DNA of 32,000 nt, from contig NZ_CP046533.1 of assembly GCF_014857065.1 (NCBI RefSeq), forward strand, positions 510,001-542,000, in the 5' to 3' direction. The notes beneath the pieces were generated by a model. The model was not told the DNA's origin. It ran no database searches and saw only the letters and a list, made by a program, of their open reading frames with translations. Source of the stretch: Candidatus Saccharimonadota bacterium (GTDB lineage Bacteria; Pseudomonadota; Gammaproteobacteria; Enterobacterales; Enterobacteriaceae). Every line of letters begins with the position of its first letter. The stretch's first letter is position 1. This document shows, piece after piece, positions 1-9,207 of the stretch. Made by a program: the position numbers and the translations under genes.

Positions 1-230
1 TGTTGATGTCCTAACCCTGATCTTGGTAGTATTATTGCAGCTAATTTTACATCGTCGATGTGAATTGCTAATCCGCTTGAAATAAGGTGTGTTTTATTAG
101 GAGTCATTACAAGTGGTTTTTTTAGACAAGCATGCAAGTCCAAACCAGCAGATCCTAGTGTGGCATAACTAGGTAATGTGACTGTTTTCTTTATTTGTTT
201 ATTTAATATTTTTATATTTATTTTTTTCAT
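1..230 (-). CDS. dut: dUTP diphosphatase (dUTPase), 5' part only; the gene runs off the left edge of the window
   Basis: Absent from the ORF track because it is truncated by the window edge. My reverse-strand translation from the ATG at 230..228 gives [76 protein letters not shown]. This is colinear with E. coli Dut (LPTYATSGSAGLDLRAC ... TGLAIHI ... [11 protein letters not shown]). It lies directly downstream of coaBC, as in E. coli dfp-dut. Confidence 0.9.
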   Translation of the reverse strand, partial: MKKINIKILNKQIKKTVTLPSYATLGSAGLDLHACLKKPLVMTPNKTHLISSGLAIHIDDVKLAAIILPRSGLGHQ

Positions 231-1425
231 TGTAACATAATAATATTTTTTTCAAAAGTTGTTGAGCAAGTAAGGTTTTGTTATTTAATGGTAGTTTTGT
301 TTTTCCATTATGCCAAAATAAATATAATGAGTTATGGTCACTATTAAATCCCTGACCGACAAGTGAAATATCGTTAGCGCATATTAAGTCTAAATGTTTG
401 TTTATTCGTTTAATTTGTGCATTTTTTTCTATATCATTAGTTTCAGCGGCAAAGCCTACAACATATGGTCTATTTTTTGTTAATGCTCCAACATTTGCGA
501 TGATATCAGGATTTTTAATCATATTAATTATTATGTGGTTACTATGTTTTTTTATTTTTTTTATTGAAGGTTCATTAATACGATAATCTACTACTGCTGC
601 ACATCCTATAAAAATTTGCTGATTATGTATTTTTTTCATTACAGCTTCTTGCATTTCTAATGCACTTGTAACATTTATACGCTTTACTCCTGAAGGGGTA
701 TCTAAATGTACAGGTCCTGAAATTAAAGTTACTTTTGCTCCTTTTGAGGCAGCAACTCGAGCTATGGAAAATCCCATTTTTCCGGAGCTATGGTTAGATA
801 AGAAACGTATTGGATCTAAAGCTTCACGTGTAGGCCCAGCAGTAATCATTATATTAAGGCGATTTAACGAAATTTTTCTTTTAAAATAATGGTATGTTAA
901 GTCAACAATTTTTAATGGTTCACACATACGACCGTAACCATTATCATTGCAAGCTTGATTTCCTGTATCTGGACCCCATAGCAATATTCCACGTTTTTTA
1001 AGTATATTAAGATTATGTTGAGTGGCTGCGGCTTTATACATTTGTTGATTCATTGCTGGTACAACCGCAATAGGAGCTTTAGTTGCTAAACATAAAGTAC
1101 TAATTATATCTGTCGCAAATCCTGCTGCAAGGTGGGCTAATAAATTTGCAGTAGCTGGTGCAAGTAAAATTAAGTCGGCCCATTTTGCTAATTTTATATG
1201 GTCCATGCCGGTGTTTGACGTAACGTTAAATAAATTACTGATTACTGGATAAGATGAAACTACTTTTAGACTTAATGGGGTAATAAATGATTTAGCGGTA
1301 GACGTCATTATGACGCGTACATATGCTCCTTTTTTTCGTAAGCGACGAATTAATTCTGGAGCTTTATAAGCAGCGATACTTCCGCTTACTCCTAAAATAA
1401 TATTTTTACCTTCCAATTCTGTCAT
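199..1425 (-). CDS. coaBC: bifunctional phosphopantothenoylcysteine decarboxylase / phosphopantothenate-cysteine ligase
   Basis: 408-aa ORF colinear with E. coli Dfp (406 aa). Matching segments include [60 protein letters not shown] and LDLICAND. Confidence 0.96.
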   Translation of the reverse strand: MTELEGKNIILGVSGSIAAYKAPELIRRLRKKGAYVRVIMTSTAKSFITPLSLKVVSSYPVISNLFNVTSNTGMDHIKLAKWADLILLAPATANLLAHLAAGFATDIISTLCLATKAPIAVVPAMNQQMYKAAATQHNLNILKKRGILLWGPDTGNQACNDNGYGRMCEPLKIVDLTYHYFKRKISLNRLNIMITAGPTREALDPIRFLSNHSSGKMGFSIARVAASKGAKVTLISGPVHLDTPSGVKRINVTSALEMQEAVMKKIHNQQIFIGCAAVVDYRINEPSIKKIKKHSNHIIINMIKNPDIIANVGALTKNRPYVVGFAAETNDIEKNAQIKRINKHLDLICANDISLVGQGFNSDHNSLYLFWHNGKTKLPLNNKTLLAQQLLKKILLCYNEKNKYKNIK

Positions 1426-1853
1426 TTTATTTTAATATTCAGTGTTTATATATTAGGGTATTATAGTTTGTTTATCTCAATACATACAGTTAATCTTTAT
1501 TGTATGAAATATGTAGTATATGAAACGCTTTGTTATTTTGTATCTAAATATGTCAGAATGATATTTCATAAAATATTTTGTATGATTTGTTTAAGGCAGT
1601 TGTGTATTATATAAAATTTTTTTTGGTTTTAAAGGTTTCATATCTGTTTTGTTTTGATCTTTAATGTATTACACTAATTATTGTAGTTTCCAGTTTTGTT
1701 TAGTTTTTTATTTAATTTGTATATTTATAATTTTATTTATTGTTTTGTTCGAATATGTATTTTATCAAAAAATTTATATTCAGGAAGAATCTTTTAGTAT
1801 ATAATGAATACGCATGATGTCGGTTTTATTTGTGCGATTAAGTTGGGGTTTTT

Positions 1854-2108
1854 ATGTCCAGGATTTGTCAAATTACTGGTAAAATTTCGATGAGTGGGAA
1901 TAGGCGTTCTCATGCAATGAATGCAACTAAACGTCGTTTTTTACCGAATTTGCATTTTCATCGTTTTTGGATAGATGAAGAGAAACGTTTTATAATTTTG
2001 CGTGTATCTGCTAAAGGTATACGTATAATAGATAAGAAAGGAATTAAGAAATTTTTAAATAATTTGCAAATTCGTAGATTTACACGTTGTAAGAAGGAAT
2101 GGTCATGA
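1854..2108 (+). CDS. rpmB: 50S ribosomal protein L28
   Basis: [10 protein letters not shown]...[19 protein letters not shown]...LRVSAKG matches E. coli L28 almost residue for residue over the first ~65 aa. The tail is about 6 aa longer, and the stop overlaps the rpmG ATG (ATGA at 2105..2108). Confidence 0.96.
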   Translation: MSRICQITGKISMSGNRRSHAMNATKRRFLPNLHFHRFWIDEEKRFIILRVSAKGIRIIDKKGIKKFLNNLQIRRFTRCKKEWS

Positions 2109-2272
2109 GCAAGAGAAACCGAGAGAATATTCAGTTGTTTTCTTCTGCCGATACAGGGCACTTTTATAGTAGCACTAAAAATAAACGGAAAAAATTGGAA
2201 AAGATAGAATTAAGAAAATTTGATCCTGTGATACGTAAACATGTTTTGTACAAAGAAAGAAAGTCAAAGTGA
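2105..2272 (+). CDS. rpmG: 50S ribosomal protein L33
   Basis: 55 codons, so not listed in the ORF track. My translation is [55 protein letters not shown]. It matches E. coli L33 (...LVSSAGTGHFYTTTKNKR...[18 protein letters not shown]...). Position after rpmB is conserved. Confidence 0.93.
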   Translation: MSKRNRENIQLFSSADTGHFYSSTKNKRKKLEKIELRKFDPVIRKHVLYKERKSK

Positions 2273-2327
2273 TTTATGTTGTATCGTATCTTTCGTAAAT
2301 TAAATTAATTAGAAGTTAGGTTTGAAG

Positions 2328-3137
2328 TTGCCCGAATTACCGGAGATAGAAGTTACTTGTAGAGCTATTGTCCCTTTGATGATTCGTCGTGTTATTTTGA
2401 ATACGAGAGTGTATAATGTAAATTTACGCTATTTGTTATCAGATAAGATTATTAGTTTGACTAATGAATATGTAATTGACGTTCAACGTAGAGCGAAATT
2501 TTTGTTATTTCAGTTGTATACGGGTTGGATAGTTGGTCATTTTGGTATATCTGGATATTTAAAAGTGTTGAGATATCAACAGAATCCAACTAAACATTGT
2601 CATTTGGATTTTGTTATGGATAATGGTTATATCATTCGTTATGTAGATATAAGAAAATTTGGATTTTGGATTTGGAAAGATGATTCGTATGTTAAAAGTC
2701 TATCAGCATCTCTTGGAATTGAACCTTTTGATAAAGAGTTTAGTGGTTCTTGGTTGTTTGAGAAGTCTCGTAATAGGCATAGATTAATTAAGTTATGGTT
2801 AATGGATTCTAAAGTAATAGCTGGTATTGGTAATATTTATGCTAATGAATCGTTGTTCATTTCTGGTATTTTACCTGATAGATTAGCTTCATCTTTAAGT
2901 AAGCAGGAGGCGTTCTTGTTAGTTAAGAATATAAAGCAGGTGTTATCCGATTCTATTAGATGTGGAGGAACAACAATCCGAAATTTTTTTCAGCCTGATG
3001 GTAAGTCTGGTTTATTTGTAGAAAAAATACAGGTATATGGACGAAAAAATAAGCCTTGTTTGATTTGTGGTAATTTAATAGAATTTAAGATTCTTGGTGG
3101 TCGTAGTACTTTTTTTTGTTTACAATGTCAATCGTGA
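2328..3137 (+). CDS. mutM: formamidopyrimidine-DNA glycosylase (Fpg/MutM); start moved to the TTG at 2328
   Basis: The ORF track starts at TTG 2322 (MKLPELPEIEV). Fpg enzymes begin M-P-E-L-P-E-V-E, with Pro2 as the catalytic nucleophile, and this fits only the TTG at 2328 (TTG CCC GAA TTA CCG GAG). QRRAKFLL, GIGNIYANESLF and the C-terminal zinc finger CLICG...FFCLQC are conserved. Confidence 0.9.
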   Translation: MPELPEIEVTCRAIVPLMIRRVILNTRVYNVNLRYLLSDKIISLTNEYVIDVQRRAKFLLFQLYTGWIVGHFGISGYLKVLRYQQNPTKHCHLDFVMDNGYIIRYVDIRKFGFWIWKDDSYVKSLSASLGIEPFDKEFSGSWLFEKSRNRHRLIKLWLMDSKVIAGIGNIYANESLFISGILPDRLASSLSKQEAFLLVKNIKQVLSDSIRCGGTTIRNFFQPDGKSGLFVEKIQVYGRKNKPCLICGNLIEFKILGGRSTFFCLQCQS

Positions 3138-3667
3138 TTTGTTTTTGGGTATATTATTTTGTTATGTTTATTTTTTGACGTGTATTTTGTTGTCTTAATT
3201 TTTTCAATTACTGCTGTGGCTATGTATTTAGGTAGAAAATTGTTTAGATTACATCCATGAGTTGCTAGTTCTTTTATTATAGATGAAGAAAGGTAAGAGT
3301 ACCTCTCATTAGTTAACATAAAGATGCTTTCTATTTCAGGGTTCAAGTGACGATTGATTCTTGCAAGTTGTATTTCGAGTTCGAAGTCAGCTATCGTTCG
3401 TAATCCTCTTATTAAGATATTGATTTTTTTTTCTTTTGCAAAGTTTACAATTAAACCATCAACACTTGATATCGAAACTTTAGTTAAATGCTTAGTAGCT
3501 TGAGTTGCCATTGTAACTCTTTCATTAATATTGAAAAGTGTTTTTTTTTGAGGGTTATTAGTGATTGCTAAAATTACCAAATCAAATATTTTTTCTGTTC
3601 TAGTTAATAGATCTAAATGTCCATTAGTTAATGGATCGAAGGTTCCTGGGTAAATAGCTTTGATCAT
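3128..3667 (-). CDS. coaD: phosphopantetheine adenylyltransferase
   Basis: MIKAIYPGTFDPLTNGHLDLLTR... carries the T/HxGH nucleotidyltransferase motif and is colinear with E. coli CoaD (159 aa). It has an extra K/N-rich C-terminal tail of about 20 aa, whose end overlaps the mutM stop convergently by 10 nt. Confidence 0.94.
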   Translation of the reverse strand: MIKAIYPGTFDPLTNGHLDLLTRTEKIFDLVILAITNNPQKKTLFNINERVTMATQATKHLTKVSISSVDGLIVNFAKEKKINILIRGLRTIADFELEIQLARINRHLNPEIESIFMLTNERYSYLSSSIIKELATHGCNLNNFLPKYIATAVIEKIKTTKYTSKNKHNKIIYPKTNHD

Positions 3668-4259
3668 TTTTTATTTTTAAGAGACTAAAGAGTAGAATTG
3701 AAATGTATTGTATATTAATTATTTATAAGTAACTAATTGTGTTTTCATTTAAAAATCTTTTATGTTTTATTTAAAGAAATTATAAGCATGAAAGATATCA
3801 ATAATTATATTATAATATTCTTTTTTTTTAAATTTTTCTTTAGTATATATTTTATTTATTTAACTTCTAAAAGTATTTCGAGGATGGATATAATCTTATT
3901 TTTTTTTGAATAATTGTTTTATAGTATACAAATTGCTTTAGGAATAAATTATATCTATAAAATATATTTTGTTTTGTTTTTTTTTGATATTGATTTAATT
4001 TTTATTTGGTTTATAACATGTCACTTATTAATATTAATTTGTAGAAAATAAATTCTCGTAAGCGTACTTTTAATTTTTGTTGTTATCTGAATTTAATTAT
4101 GATTTTTATATTTAAACACTTAGGTTGTGTTTATTTATATAATTTATTGTTTTATTTTTGTTATTTCATTTACTTTATCTAAGATAGTAAATTATTTGAT
4201 TTATTTCCTTTATACATAATTTATTAAGAATATATGATAAGGTTACCTTTTAGAATATT

Positions 4260-5525
4260 TTACTGATTTTTTGTTAGGTATGGTTTTAATAAATGTAGTA
4301 ATTTTTTTAATGAACCTTTGTTTTTATTTAGAAATTTATTTGCATTAAATCCAAGTTTTAATCTATGTTTTTTATTTTTTAATATTTTGTGAATTTCAGT
4401 TGTTAATGTAGTTACATTATTAATTGTTATTAATCCATGTTTTTTAGTGAGTTTAATACAGATATCTTGAAAATTTAAAATATGTGGCCCCATTATAATT
4501 GGAATGCTGTGAGCTGCTGCTTCTAATGGATTATGACCTCCATGTTTTACCAAGCTTCCACCAATAAAAGCTAAATCTGCTATTCCATATAATAACATAA
4601 GTTCTCCCATAGTGTCATTTATGATTACTTGAGTAGTATTTGATGGATTTTTGCCGCTACTTCGTGACAAAAATTTGAATTTGGCTTTTGCGGTAATTTT
4701 TTTTACTTCTGTGAAACGTTCAGGATGTCTTGGAGTTAAAATCATTAGTAAGTTAGGAAATATTTTTAATAGCATTTTATGTGCATTGAGAAGTATTTTT
4801 TCTTCTCCATAATGAGTGCTGGCAGCTATCCATATTGGACGTTTATTATTCCATTGTTCACGTAATTTTTGTGATTGTTGTATTAAATTTTTATTAAGAT
4901 GTATTTCAAATTTTAAATTACCGGTAATTGCAAGTTTATTTTTTTTTAATCCTAATTCCATGAATCTTAATCCATCTTTTTGATTTTGTGCAGCTACTAA
5001 AGTAATATTTAGTATAACTGATTTAAAAAATTTTCTGATTTTTTTATAACCTATGAATGATTTAATAGATAAGCGCGCATTAGCTATTATACATGGTATA
5101 TTTTTATAATATAATGAATTAATTAGATTAGGCCATATTTCTGTTTCCATGATTATTACCAACATGGGATTAGTGTGCTTTATAAACCTGTTTGTTGCTC
5201 CAGGTAGATCATATGGTAAGTAGCTGTAACTTACTTTGTTACCGAATATCAATTTTGCTTGTCTTATCCCGGTTGGTGTCATTGTGGTTATAGTTATAGG
5301 AATATCTGGGTATAGTTTTTGCAATGAATGCACTAATGGTGCAGCTGCAAATATTTCACCTATCGATACGGAATGTAATATAATACCTCTGTTTCTGAAA
5401 TTTTGTTTATAAAATCCATAGCGTTCAGTCAAGTTGTATCGATAAGCAGGTATACGTATACTGTTCCATAACAGTTTTATCCAAATGAAAGGCTGAATTA
5501 AGTAAATTAATATGTTGTAAATCAT
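4260..5525 (-). CDS. waaA: 3-deoxy-D-manno-octulosonic acid (Kdo) transferase
   Basis: 421 aa, colinear with E. coli WaaA/KdtA (425 aa). Matching segments: LIQPFIWIKL, ILHSVSIGE, ITTMTPTG, IIMETEIWPNLI, IANARLS, TPRHPERF, DTMGELMLLYGIADLAFIGGSLVKHGGHNPLEAAAH. Confidence 0.95.
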   Translation of the reverse strand: MIYNILIYLIQPFIWIKLLWNSIRIPAYRYNLTERYGFYKQNFRNRGIILHSVSIGEIFAAAPLVHSLQKLYPDIPITITTMTPTGIRQAKLIFGNKVSYSYLPYDLPGATNRFIKHTNPMLVIIMETEIWPNLINSLYYKNIPCIIANARLSIKSFIGYKKIRKFFKSVILNITLVAAQNQKDGLRFMELGLKKNKLAITGNLKFEIHLNKNLIQQSQKLREQWNNKRPIWIAASTHYGEEKILLNAHKMLLKIFPNLLMILTPRHPERFTEVKKITAKAKFKFLSRSSGKNPSNTTQVIINDTMGELMLLYGIADLAFIGGSLVKHGGHNPLEAAAHSIPIIMGPHILNFQDICIKLTKKHGLITINNVTTLTTEIHKILKNKKHRLKLGFNANKFLNKNKGSLKKLLHLLKPYLTKNQ

Positions 5526-5647
5526 AAATAATTTAGGTTATACCTTTATATATGAAAATTATATGTTGTGTATTATTAGTCATTGTTTAATGTTTGTAGT
5601 TTTGATTTTTATTATTAGTAAAGATTTTGTTAGTTAAACATTAACTT

Positions 5648-6607
5648 TTATTGTAATAATTGTTTAAATTTTTTCCATACATATATTGGTTCTATATCTT
5701 TCATTTTTTTTGTTTTAGAAAGTATTTTTTTTTGATTATTTCCATAGGTCCCTATTAGACTAGGATTAGTAGGTCCATAAAGTGTTAAGTTAGGTTTATT
5801 AAGTGCAGTAGTTAGATGACTTAAACCAGTGTCTATTGATATTACAGCAATAGAGTTAATGATTTGTTTAGCTGTTTGTGTAAGTGTTAATTTTGTTAGT
5901 ATTTTTATTTTTTCTGATTTTTTAATTAAATGTTGAGTGCATAAAAATTCTTTTTTTGTCCAGCATATTAACTTGATGCAATAGTTTTCATTATTAGCTA
6001 TTTTTATTAATTTTTTCCAATGTATCTTTGGCCATTCTTTTTCTTTTTTGCTAGTTGTATGTATAAATAAGAGATAGGGGTTTACTTTTTGTTTATTTTT
6101 GAAATAATTTATAATGTTGTAGTTTCCTCTTTCAGGAGATAGTGGATATTGTAGAGTTTTGGCAAATAACTGACGTATCCTTTCTACAGCATGTTGATTT
6201 TTAGCAATTTCATGTTTTTTATGATAGAAAATACTGGCAATAGGTTCTCGTATACTTGAATAATTCATTCCATGTTTTTCTCCTTTTGCAAAATTGGTTA
6301 TTAGTATTGCATTTTTTATTAATCCTTGTGCGTCAATTATTAAATTATAGTTTTTTTTTTGTATTTTATTTATAAATTTTTTATATTTTTTCCAGTAAAA
6401 AAGATTTGTCCAGTTTTTTAATAATGACCTTATATTTATTGGTAAAATTTTATTTACTCCCGGATGCCAAGTTGGTATTTCTGCGAAGTTTTCTTCAATT
6501 ACCCAATCAAAGTATATTCTTTTTAGTTTGTTTTGTGCATCAGTTAATGCAGGTAATGTATGAATAATGTCTCCCATCGAAGAAGTTTTTATTATTAGAA
6601 CTTTCAT
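5648..6607 (-). CDS. waaC: ADP-heptose:LPS heptosyltransferase I
   Basis: MKVLIIKTSSMGDIIHTLPALTDA, FDWVIEENFAEIP, IDAQGLIKNA, HAVERIRQLFAK and DTGLSHLTTALNKPNLTLYGPT match E. coli WaaC/RfaC. Its ATG overlaps the waaF stop (ATGA, 6604..6607). Confidence 0.93.
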   Translation of the reverse strand: MKVLIIKTSSMGDIIHTLPALTDAQNKLKRIYFDWVIEENFAEIPTWHPGVNKILPINIRSLLKNWTNLFYWKKYKKFINKIQKKNYNLIIDAQGLIKNAILITNFAKGEKHGMNYSSIREPIASIFYHKKHEIAKNQHAVERIRQLFAKTLQYPLSPERGNYNIINYFKNKQKVNPYLLFIHTTSKKEKEWPKIHWKKLIKIANNENYCIKLICWTKKEFLCTQHLIKKSEKIKILTKLTLTQTAKQIINSIAVISIDTGLSHLTTALNKPNLTLYGPTNPSLIGTYGNNQKKILSKTKKMKDIEPIYVWKKFKQLLQ

Positions 6608-7656
6608 TTTTTTTCTTTAATTTTTGAAAGTAAGTTATGTAGTGTGTTTAATACTTTAATAGGTTTAATCTCAATTAGGTTTTGCTGATAATTTATTTTT
6701 TGTTGAGTATTTTTTATTGTGGATTGCATGATATATGCAGATTGTGATAGAGGGGGGGTAGATATGATATGAGGAGTACTTAATCCAGATAATATTATCG
6801 TAGGACAGTTTAATGCGCTAGCTACGTGCATTAAACCAGAGTCATTACTTACGATTGCCTCACAATTTGCAATTAAATTTATTGTTTCATTTAATGAAGT
6901 CGCCCCTACTAAGTTATGGTAATGGCTTTTGTTTTTTATGTTAATTTCATGAGTTATATATAATCCAATCTGTTTATTTTTTATCGAACCAAATATTGCT
7001 ATTTGATAGCCGTATTCTATAAGTTTTGATGTTAATGATGCATAATAATAATATGGCCAACATTTAGCTGAATTAGATCCATATCCAGGGCACATTCCTA
7101 TTAATGGCCTTTTATTATTAATTTTAAATTTTTGTAATGTTCTTTTTATTTTTTTCTTTTGTATTGATATTTTTGGTAACGGTAGAGGACTTGGTAAATC
7201 ATTGAAATTTTTCATAAGGTGTTTTTCAAAAGCCAGTGCGGCATATCTTTGTATTATTAAGGGGAACTTTTTTTTATCTAGTATTCTAAGGTCGTTAAGA
7301 ATACCATAACGCATTTCTCCCCGCCATCCTGTGCGTAATGGTATTTTTGCGAATACTGGAATTAACGCTGCTTTAAATGAATTCGGTAGTATTATTGCTT
7401 GTTCATATTGCTCTTTTCTTAACATTTTACTGAATTGATAGATTTTATTTAACTTTATAGTACCGTGTTGTAGTGGATTAATTATAATTTTATTTACTTC
7501 AGGTATTTGACAATATAATTCTCTACAATATTTTGGGGTTACTATGTCTATTTTCGTTTTTTGTTTTTTTTTAAGAATGTTGATTATAGTTTGGGATATT
7601 ACGGAATCACCTAACCATGATGGTCCGATTATTAAAATTTTGTCGTAATTGTTCAT
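6604..7656 (-). CDS. waaF: ADP-heptose:LPS heptosyltransferase II
   Basis: ILIIGPSWLGDSVISQ, LPNSFKAALIPVFAKIPLRTGWRGEMRYGILND and SNDSGLMHVASALN match E. coli WaaF/RfaF. The gene order hldD-waaF-waaC is as in E. coli. Confidence 0.93.
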   Translation of the reverse strand: MNNYDKILIIGPSWLGDSVISQTIINILKKKQKTKIDIVTPKYCRELYCQIPEVNKIIINPLQHGTIKLNKIYQFSKMLRKEQYEQAIILPNSFKAALIPVFAKIPLRTGWRGEMRYGILNDLRILDKKKFPLIIQRYAALAFEKHLMKNFNDLPSPLPLPKISIQKKKIKRTLQKFKINNKRPLIGMCPGYGSNSAKCWPYYYYASLTSKLIEYGYQIAIFGSIKNKQIGLYITHEINIKNKSHYHNLVGATSLNETINLIANCEAIVSNDSGLMHVASALNCPTIILSGLSTPHIISTPPLSQSAYIMQSTIKNTQQKINYQQNLIEIKPIKVLNTLHNLLSKIKEKK

Positions 7657-7703
7657 TTTTATTTTTTTAAAAAAAAAGTAAGGTCGCTACTATAAATGTT
7701 TAT

Positions 7704-8693
7704 TTAGTTTTTGTCCAACCATTTTAGATATTCTATTATACCCATATCAATTTGTTTAAATGTTTTTTTATATCCTGCAAATCGTATTTTTGTTATGTCT
7801 GCTTTTGTGAATGTTTGATATTGTTTGTTTATTAAGTTTGGTACATCAATATATGTTATATCGTTTTTTTTATAAAAATTTAATACGATATCAGCAATTG
7901 ATTGAAAAGATTTTGGGGTACCAGTTCCACAGTTGAAAATTCCTGATGCTTTATTTTCCCACGCCCAAATGTTTATTTTTACTATGTCATCTACATGAAT
8001 AAAATCTCTTTGGAAATTTTTGCTTCCTATAAATAATTTAGGTTTTTCGTTATTTTTGATTTGTTTACTTAATTGAAAGATTACGCTAGCCATTTTTTTT
8101 TTATGAGATTCTCGAGGTCCATAAACATTAAAATAACGTAATCCGCAAATTTGTGATTTGACTTGAGGAATGATAAAGCGCACGTATTGGTCAAAAAAAA
8201 ATTTAGAAAAACCATATATATTACATGGTTGCTCGTATTTTCTATGCTCAATAAATTTTTTTGGAAATTTCCCATACACTGCAGCAGAAGAAGCATATAT
8301 AAATGGGATTTTGTTTTTTGTGCAGAAATTTAGTAATATTTTAGAAAATTGATAATTGTTTTTTATTATATATTGATGATTACAAACAGTAGTAGATGAG
8401 CAAGCTCCCTGATGGAATACAGCTTCAATATTTTTGTTAAACTCGTGTTTATTATCGATATTATAACTAATTTTATTTTTGACAATGTTTTTAATAAAAT
8501 TTGTTTTATCCATGTAATCTATAAAATCTAGATCTTTAATATTGTTATATTTTTCATTATTTTTTAAGTTATCAACTATTAATATATTTTTGTATTGCAT
8601 TTTATTTAATTTCTTAATAAGATTGCTGCCAATAAATCCAGCGCCTCCAGTTACGATAATTATCTTTTTCCCGATATTTTTTTTTTGTTTCAT
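7704..8693 (-). CDS. hldD: ADP-L-glycero-D-manno-heptose 6-epimerase
   Basis: IIIVTGGAGFIGSNLIKKLN (Rossmann GxxGxxG), HQGACSST, YGFSK and RYFNVYGPRE match E. coli HldD/RfaD. It carries a 10-aa N-terminal extension (MKQKKNIGKK) relative to the E. coli start MIIVTGGAGF, and no other canonical start is available. Confidence 0.93.
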   Translation of the reverse strand: MKQKKNIGKKIIIVTGGAGFIGSNLIKKLNKMQYKNILIVDNLKNNEKYNNIKDLDFIDYMDKTNFIKNIVKNKISYNIDNKHEFNKNIEAVFHQGACSSTTVCNHQYIIKNNYQFSKILLNFCTKNKIPFIYASSAAVYGKFPKKFIEHRKYEQPCNIYGFSKFFFDQYVRFIIPQVKSQICGLRYFNVYGPRESHKKKMASVIFQLSKQIKNNEKPKLFIGSKNFQRDFIHVDDIVKINIWAWENKASGIFNCGTGTPKSFQSIADIVLNFYKKNDITYIDVPNLINKQYQTFTKADITKIRFAGYKKTFKQIDMGIIEYLKWLDKN

Positions 8694-9207
8694 TGGTAAT
8701 AATTTTAAAATTTTAGATAGTTAGTTTTACATTAGTATAACAATTAATATGTTTGATTAGATATAAATTAATTATTTTCTGTAAATTTTTAAAGGTTTTC
8801 TTTTCTAGCATAACAATCTTAAATTCCTATCTGACATATCTATTTTATAGAGTAAGATAAAGTCAATGTTTCGTAATATATGGTTTTGTTATTTATTTTT
8901 GTTTATATTTTATAATTGAGTCATGGTGTTAGTGTGTTTATTTAATTTTCATTATTTAAGTTTTAACGACATTCAGCAGCATTAAAGTATGTTATTAATT
9001 TATATTTCAGTTTCATTATAAATGTGATCTTTACTTAATACATTCTGACATTTACGTGAATTGTATATTGTTACTTATTATCTGATTAGTTATAATTAAA
9101 ATTTAATCATGGTTTTGATTTTTAATAATAGCACATTGAAATGGTTGTTTAATGAGGATAGAGATTGTCTATATGGCAAATTGATTAAATAAATAGAGTG
9201 TCTGCTG

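Noticed and set aside
1777-1805. A promoter-like TATAAT at 1800..1805 upstream of rpmB, with a poor -35 (TATTCA), and a TTGACT hexamer at 16797..16802 upstream of metB.
   Set aside because: In roughly 70% A+T DNA, -10-like hexamers occur every few dozen bases. Neither candidate has a good partner hexamer at 16-18 bp, so I do not report them as features.
7662-7677. The T7A9 run (TTTTTTTAAAAAAAAA) between hldD and waaF, considered as a possible hairpin or terminator.
   Set aside because: A pure A/T self-complementary homopolymer junction forms a negligible structure and is expected in this composition. hldD-waaF-waaC are probably co-transcribed.
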